64,000 nucleotides of DNA from a bacterium (GTDB taxonomy: Bacteria; Electryoneota; JAOADG01): NCBI GenBank assembly GCA_963681965.1, contig OY820579.1:3968001-4032000 (forward strand), written 5' to 3'. This document shows, one piece after another, positions 58,732-64,000 of this stretch (position 1 is its first letter; each line of letters opens with the position of its first letter). Position numbers and translations under genes: made by a program. The notes below the pieces were generated by a model. It made no database searches and was not told the DNA's origin. It was given only the letters and a program-made list of their open reading frames with translations.

Positions 58732-60960
58732 TTACTTCAGCAACACGATCTTCCGGGTTTGGACCGAAGTACCCGCCTGCAAACGGACGAAGTAAGTGCC
58801 GGAAGCGTGTGCACTGCCATCAAACGTGGCGCGGTAACTGCCAGCTTGCTGATACCCGCGATACATCGTCTGCACTTCCCTTCCCTGCAGATCGAAAATC
58901 TTCAGTTCGATGTTGCTTGCGCGCGGCAACTCATACGAGATAGTCGTAGTCGCATTGAAGGGATTGGGATAACTGGTGTAGAGAATAAACTGATCGGGTA
59001 TACTCTTCGATTGATTTTCCTGAACAAAAGTAGAACCACCATCCGTAGTACGCAAAATGGATCCGCCCATGCCAACGACCCATGCAACCGAGGCATTTGC
59101 GGCAGCGATGTCATTTTTTTCTAATAGGTCGTTATTCGATTGTTCGATCCAAGTAGCTCCACCGTCTGTCGTTTTGCACAAATATTCTCCCACACCCCAA
59201 CCGATATTTCGATCGACGAATTTTACTTTTTTGAAGGAAGTTGGCAATTCAATCCGCGACCATGTTCCACCACCATTTGTGGTGCGAACTAATAAAATGG
59301 TGTATCCATAAGGATCAGCGCTACTCGCCCAACCATATTGGGTGTCGACAAATTGTATTCGACTTAACAGATCACTTGCTGAACTATACTGCTGTTGCCA
59401 ATGGCTGCCGCCATCGGTTGTATGATGGATCGTATGTTGCGTGATCGACGAAACAGTACGATTTCCGATACACCAGCCATTGTTGGCATCGAGAAATTGA
59501 CTATTGCCAATCCCAATTGTTGTGTCGATTGACAAATTACGCCAGACAACTCCACCATTCGTTGTTCGATAGATCCGACGGTTCCCGGAAACCCAGCCAT
59601 TGTTGGCATCGATAAAAGATAAACCACTGATATAAGTTGGACTGGATAGACGTTGCCAGGTATTCCCGCCATCGGTAGTGTGGATAAATACTGCACTCAG
59701 CATGACGACTGCCCAACCCGAGTTGGCGTTCACGAAGGTTACATAATTGTATTGAGCTGTTGGAAGATTCGTCCCCTGGACATGCCAGGAAGTCCCACCG
59801 TCGGACGTGTGAAAGATCGCTCCCGCATTGGCTGCTGTATCGACATTCCCGGTACCAACCGCCCAGGCATTGTTCGTATCGATACATGCGACGCTCGTCA
59901 ACCAATCGGCGTATCCTTTCGTCTGCAATTTCCAAGAACTTCCACCATTGGTTGTGGTTAGGATGGTCCCGTACATCGAAACAACACAGCCATTGTTTAA
60001 ATTAGCGATCGAGAAACTTGCCAAATCGAACGAAAAACGTGAGTTGCCAGTTTGAGAATATTGAGTTTGCCAGCTCCCTCCTCCATTCGTAGTATGCAAA
60101 ATAACGCTGTTATAATCTTGTTCGCCAATTGCCCAACCGTTATCATGATCGATAAATTGGATATGATAAAAGCTGTTATGGGTGTCGGCATACTGTCTAA
60201 TCCAATTCGTACCGCTATTGGTCGTATGCCTCAGAAAGGAGCCGGGAACTCCGTAATCTTGTCCGGAACACCAGCCTTCGCCCGAACTGAGCACAGAAAT
60301 CGAAAAGAACACACACTCTTCAAAAATTTGCCGTTGCCAGGTGTGTCCACCATCGATTGTTCGAAAGATATAACTATATGGATGATCATCGGTCAGATGC
60401 GTGCTGTAACCAATAATCCATCCGTTATTATTGTCGATAAATTGAATTTGTCTGAAATAAGTACTATCGACTGGTTGGGTTTCCCAATTGATTCCGCCAT
60501 CATCGGTAAAATACACCCGGGAATACCACGTGGTTGACGAAGAATACACGGTTCCAATCAACCAGCCATGAGTTTGATCTGTAAAAAAGAGGTCGCTAGG
60601 GATATCGAACACAGGCGTATTTCGTTGCTGCCAATTCAAACCACCATCCTCGGTGGCTAGAAAAATATGATCACCGGCAATCCAACCTTGATTTGAATCG
60701 ATAAAAGAAACCTGGTAGAGATCAGCCACTCGACCACTGCTCTGAAAAGTCCAACTAATACCACCGTTGATCGTATGAAGAATCGTGCCACCATTTCCAA
60801 CAGCCCATCCGGTCGTCGAGTTGATAAATTTTACATCATTCAGACGCTGACCGGTAGGTTTTGGATTCTGCCACTCCCACCCTTGGGCAAATACCGAGAT
60901 TGGGAGCATTACGATGAATAGTAGAAGACCGAAAGAAGAAAGTGATGAGCTGGATTTCAT
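58732..60960 (-). CDS. YCF48/BNR (Asp-box)-repeat beta-propeller protein with T9SS type-A CTD
   Basis: More than 12 T(T/S)(D/N)GG.(S/T)W repeats with F.D.N.GW; C-terminal YPNPFNA...SGTYFVRL...KIVLLK; ATG 60960 follows GGAG. Confidence 0.87.
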   Translation of the reverse strand: MKSSSSLSSFGLLLFIVMLPISVFAQGWEWQNPKPTGQRLNDVKFINSTTGWAVGNGGTILHTINGGISWTFQSSGRVADLYQVSFIDSNQGWIAGDHIFLATEDGGLNWQQRNTPVFDIPSDLFFTDQTHGWLIGTVYSSSTTWYSRVYFTDDGGINWETQPVDSTYFRQIQFIDNNNGWIIGYSTHLTDDHPYSYIFRTIDGGHTWQRQIFEECVFFSISVLSSGEGWCSGQDYGVPGSFLRHTTNSGTNWIRQYADTHNSFYHIQFIDHDNGWAIGEQDYNSVILHTTNGGGSWQTQYSQTGNSRFSFDLASFSIANLNNGCVVSMYGTILTTTNGGSSWKLQTKGYADWLTSVACIDTNNAWAVGTGNVDTAANAGAIFHTSDGGTSWHVQGTNLPTAQYNYVTFVNANSGWAVVMLSAVFIHTTDGGNTWQRLSSPTYISGLSFIDANNGWVSGNRRIYRTTNGGVVWRNLSIDTTIGIGNSQFLDANNGWCIGNRTVSSITQHTIHHTTDGGSHWQQQYSSASDLLSRIQFVDTQYGWASSADPYGYTILLVRTTNGGGTWSRIELPTSFKKVKFVDRNIGWGVGEYLCKTTDGGATWIEQSNNDLLEKNDIAAANASVAWVVGMGGSILRTTDGGSTFVQENQSKSIPDQFILYTSYPNPFNATTTISYELPRASNIELKIFDLQGREVQTMYRGYQQAGSYRATFDGSAHASGTYFVRLQAGTSVQTRKIVLLK

Positions 60961-61218
60961 GAGCGACTCCTGCAACGTTGAGCGATCCAACACAAAAAAG
61001 AAAGCAAGCAGAAAGAACGGAAAGAATGATTTGATATATACTACTTAATTCATTTGCAAAATTCAATCAATATTGTCAGCTTTGGAAAATATTTTGCTCA
61101 TTTTCGTTTATCCGAGTTGGATATCATTCTCGATGGCTTTGGGCGAATCGCGCCATAACTTCTGAAAATTATTGATCGAATTCGCCCTTCACTCGTTTGA
61201 TCCTTGTCTGTCTAAAGG

Positions 61219-62070
61219 TTACACTTTCGTCTTCGCCTCGTTCCAAAGTCGATCCAGTTCCGGTAATCCGACTTTGCTCAACAGGTCGCCGCGTGTCTTT
61301 ACGGTATCCTCGATGTATTCAAACCGCCGCTGGAATTTATTGATCGTCGAGCGCAGCGCATCTTCCGGATTGACACCATATTTCCGTGCAAGATTGACTA
61401 CTGTGAACAGCACATCGCCAAGCTCCTCTTCCCAGTGCCGTTTGGCGAGATCGCGTTCGGCATCGGAGCCATTGGTCGAATCAGTATGTTCCTGTGCCGC
61501 TTCATTCAATTCACGGAGTTCTTCTTCCAATTTCTCATAGACATCTTCCGGTTTCTCCCAATCGAAACCGACATTTGCCGCTTTCTCTTGTACCCGGTAG
61601 GCACGCAACAACGCCGGCAATTCGCGCGGCACCCCTTCCAAGACCCGACGCCCTTCGCGCTGCTTACTCGCCTCCCAATTTGCCAGCCCCTCTTTCGCGG
61701 TTTGTGCCGTCACATCACCAAACACGTGTGGGTGACGCGACAACAGCTTCTCCACAATCCCATTCACTACATCGGTGTAAGTGAATTTGCCCGCTTCCTC
61801 GGTCAACCGGCAGTGAAATACGACCTGCAACAGTAAATCGCCTAACTCCTTCTTCAATTCGGCATCGTCATCGTCGTCCAGCGCCATCAGCACTTCGTAA
61901 GTCTCTTCGAGTAAATAGGGTCGCAACGACCGGTGATCCATCGATCGATCCCAGGGGCAACCATCGTCGGAGCGGAGTCGCGCCATCACTGCTGCCAATC
62001 GTTCACTAGCTTCGCCCACTCCCGCCGGGGGAATCCCTAACCGCTCGTCTTTATCCCAACGTTTCGACAC
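61219..62070 (-). CDS. mazG: Nucleoside triphosphate pyrophosphohydrolase MazG
   Basis: LRSDDGCPWDR, EETYE, ELGDLLLQVVFH, RHPHVF, GFDW, EELGD, KFQRRF. Confidence 0.92.
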   Translation of the reverse strand: MSKRWDKDERLGIPPAGVGEASERLAAVMARLRSDDGCPWDRSMDHRSLRPYLLEETYEVLMALDDDDDAELKKELGDLLLQVVFHCRLTEEAGKFTYTDVVNGIVEKLLSRHPHVFGDVTAQTAKEGLANWEASKQREGRRVLEGVPRELPALLRAYRVQEKAANVGFDWEKPEDVYEKLEEELRELNEAAQEHTDSTNGSDAERDLAKRHWEEELGDVLFTVVNLARKYGVNPEDALRSTINKFQRRFEYIEDTVKTRGDLLSKVGLPELDRLWNEAKTKV

Positions 62071-62093
62071 AAATACCTCGATTATTTTGATCG

Positions 62094-62822
62094 TTAGATT
62101 GCCCAGCCACCCGATACTACCAAATTCGTACCGGTAACATACCGGTTTTCATCGGCTAACAGAAACTGAACGGCGTGATTGATATCCTCGGGTGTTCCAC
62201 ACCGCTTTGCCGGTACCCCAACCGCCAATTCGTACTCCATATCAATCGACATCTTGCCATTCTGCATCAATCCCGGTGAAATCATATTCACTCGCACACC
62301 GTTGGGGGCTTCGGTCCGGGCGAGGGTTTTCATCATCACCAACAGCGCGGTCTTCGCCGCTGAATACGGCATGGTCTGGGATTGACTATGGAGCTGATCG
62401 GCATGTGCCACACCAAAAAAGAGCAGTGAACCGGTGGTTTCCCGGAGATACGGAATCGTTTCCCGAGCCAGGAAATAGTTGGCATCGACATTATTCGCAA
62501 AGAGGGTATGCCATTCGGCATCGGAATAGTTCAGTGGCGATTTCATCAGGAATGCACCTTGCAGTGCAATAACCGCATCAATTTGGTTAAAGAGTTCTTT
62601 CGCATAACGAATAGTCAGCGCGACGACAACTGAATCGGTAGCGTCAAGCTGTTTGATCGTTACAGCGATACCCAGTTGTTCAGCTTCCTGTTTCCACGCG
62701 TCTGCGGATGCTGCGTCGTGATAATAGGTTAGCAAGACCCGATCGAAACCGAGTGCCGCTAATGGGTGCATCAATGATCGACCTAACCCCGAGGTGCCAA
62801 CGAGAATTGCAGTTTTTCCCAT
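62094..62822 (-). CDS. Short-chain dehydrogenase/reductase (SDR)
   Basis: GTSGLG, YSAAK, RVNMISPG, YVTG..L.VSGG. Confidence 0.87.
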   Translation of the reverse strand: MGKTAILVGTSGLGRSLMHPLAALGFDRVLLTYYHDAASADAWKQEAEQLGIAVTIKQLDATDSVVVALTIRYAKELFNQIDAVIALQGAFLMKSPLNYSDAEWHTLFANNVDANYFLARETIPYLRETTGSLLFFGVAHADQLHSQSQTMPYSAAKTALLVMMKTLARTEAPNGVRVNMISPGLMQNGKMSIDMEYELAVGVPAKRCGTPEDINHAVQFLLADENRYVTGTNLVVSGGWAI

Positions 62823-63003
62823 GAAACAGTTCTCCAGTTGTTTGAATCTAAGACAAGAACTCCTTATTTTGAAAGTTATGCATGGATAGTATTATCAGAG
62901 CCATTGTGATAGAATGATTTCCAGTAATTCGAGTAGTACGCTCAAGCTGTGATCCGGCGTCAATATTTTGCCGGGTAGTCCACCAACCATAGGATTGAAA
63001 TCG

Positions 63004-63825
63004 ATGCGCTGCCCCAAATGTAAAGGTTCGGTTCCCGACAAGTTAACCGTCATAACGTGTCCCTGTTGTGGTGCACCCGTTCGCCGTATTCCGCTAACCA
63101 CCGACTTCCGGTTTGCCCTTCAAGTAATGGCGGAACGAAATGGCTGGATCTTTTGGTCGATTTGCGCCATGTTCTTCTGGATATTTTACGCCATGTTCGG
63201 CGTCATTTTCACCAAGGGAACGACAGCACGCCTCTTCGACGACCATATCGTCATCTTCTTTGCACACTGCTTCTTTACCGGTCTACTGATGGATTTGTTC
63301 ATGAAAGTGAATGCGTTCACCATGCGGATTGCCGAGAAAGAGACCTTGAAACGGGCGCCATTGCAAGTTCGACGGTTTCGACTTGGTACCAATATCGCCA
63401 TCGGTGTTGCAATCGTCGCATCGCTTGCGTCTGCCGATGCTGGACGGTTCGAACACTTTTCCAATATCAATCTGGTAATCGAGCATTCGTTCTATCTGGG
63501 TATCTATTACCCGTTCTTCGGTACATTGCTGGGAATTTTATTGATCGGAATCTGGTGGGCATGGTTTCCGTATATGATCGCGCTCGAAGATTTCGACGAT
63601 CGGCGGATCGTAGCGTTCTTTTACGAATTCCATTGCGACGATTTGGGTCGCTGGCGCCGGATGTCGATTTGGGTCATGTTGGTTTACATCTTTGGCGGAA
63701 TGATTGCCGCATATATGCTTGCCAGCCCGGGTGCATACAAGTGGTTGACCGAATCGGAATTCATCCAGTTCATGGTCAGTCGCATCGGCATGATGTTCTA
63801 CTGGGTACCCGATTTCTTCAAATAG
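63004..63825 (+). CDS. Hypothetical multi-TM membrane protein with N-terminal Zn-ribbon
   Basis: MRCPKC...CPCC, then about 5-6 hydrophobic segments; AGGA before ATG 63004; terminator follows. Confidence 0.7.
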   Translation: MRCPKCKGSVPDKLTVITCPCCGAPVRRIPLTTDFRFALQVMAERNGWIFWSICAMFFWIFYAMFGVIFTKGTTARLFDDHIVIFFAHCFFTGLLMDLFMKVNAFTMRIAEKETLKRAPLQVRRFRLGTNIAIGVAIVASLASADAGRFEHFSNINLVIEHSFYLGIYYPFFGTLLGILLIGIWWAWFPYMIALEDFDDRRIVAFFYEFHCDDLGRWRRMSIWVMLVYIFGGMIAAYMLASPGAYKWLTESEFIQFMVSRIGMMFYWVPDFFK

Positions 63826-63844
63826 AGTTACCGATTTCAGAAAT

Positions 63845-63873
63845 AAGGCGGGACGATTTGTCCCGCCTTTTTT
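63845..63873 (+). terminator. Intrinsic terminator
   Basis: AAGGCGGGAC-gattt-GTCCCGCCTT followed by TTTT. Confidence 0.82.
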
Positions 63874-63894
63874 CTTGTCACGGCACTATTTTGT

Positions 63895-63923
63895 TTGTAA
63901 ACAGACATGACCGTTGTTATACT
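63895..63923 (+). promoter_or_regulatory. Putative sigma70 promoter
   Basis: TTGTAA-17 bp-TATACT with a TG extended -10. Confidence 0.55.
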
Positions 63924-63952
63924 ATTGAACTACCTGTCCGACCGGAGACGCC

Positions 63953-64000
63953 ATGAATTTCCGCCATCGCAGATTTCCACAATCAATGATCGTTTTCGCG
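63953..64000 (+). CDS. 5' end of a CDS running off the window (MNFRHRRFPQSMIVFA...)
   Basis: GGAG RBS and upstream promoter; basic N-terminus compatible with a signal peptide. Confidence 0.55.
   Translation, partial: MNFRHRRFPQSMIVFA

Noticed and set aside
58732-60960. Photosystem II assembly factor implying phototrophy
   Set aside because: YCF48-like BNR propellers are widespread; this one carries a secretion CTD and there are no photosynthesis genes in the window
63057-63956. 299-aa alternative-frame ORF
   Set aside because: Overlaps the membrane-protein gene, runs through its terminator, and has Arg-rich off-frame composition

Overview
64-kb bacterial chromosome segment of moderate GC content (roughly 50% by eye) from a diderm organism. 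Type IX secretion (T9SS)-type C-terminal sorting domains and gingipain-like proteins suggest FCB-superphylum affinity. GGAG Shine-Dalgarno sites and sigma70-type promoters argue against Bacteroidota proper. This taxonomy is inferred, not determined. Contents in order: a partial CPBP intramembrane protease; a TPR+beta-barrel / polysaccharide deacetylase / C25 (gingipain-like) cluster; a mannoside-utilisation locus (ROK, CBM9-like, GluP, GH92 with a ~286-aa internal insertion, EEP, SSS, GH130); an LVIVD-repeat secreted protein; a 9-gene minus-strand operon built around MglA; divergent HDOD and REC-HD-GYP genes; rmlA-like and ugd; a 2791-aa second C25 paralogue with 8 choice-of-anchor-D repeats; an MFS transporter; a CusCBA-like metal efflux system; an NSS transporter with a small subunit; a YCF48/BNR secreted protein; mazG; an SDR; and a Zn-ribbon membrane protein. 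The strongest candidate for an undescribed system is the extended Mgl operon (26356-34754). It has MglA with a MinD-like amphipathic tail, three roadblock proteins, a REC-DUF4388 regulator, a degenerate kinase, and three proteins that appear to share an uncharacterised helical domain. A ~100-130 bp REP-containing element with terminal inverted repeats occurs three times, each just downstream of a terminator. No rRNA, tRNA, CRISPR array or transposase was seen. All family assignments come from motif recognition by eye, not from database searches.
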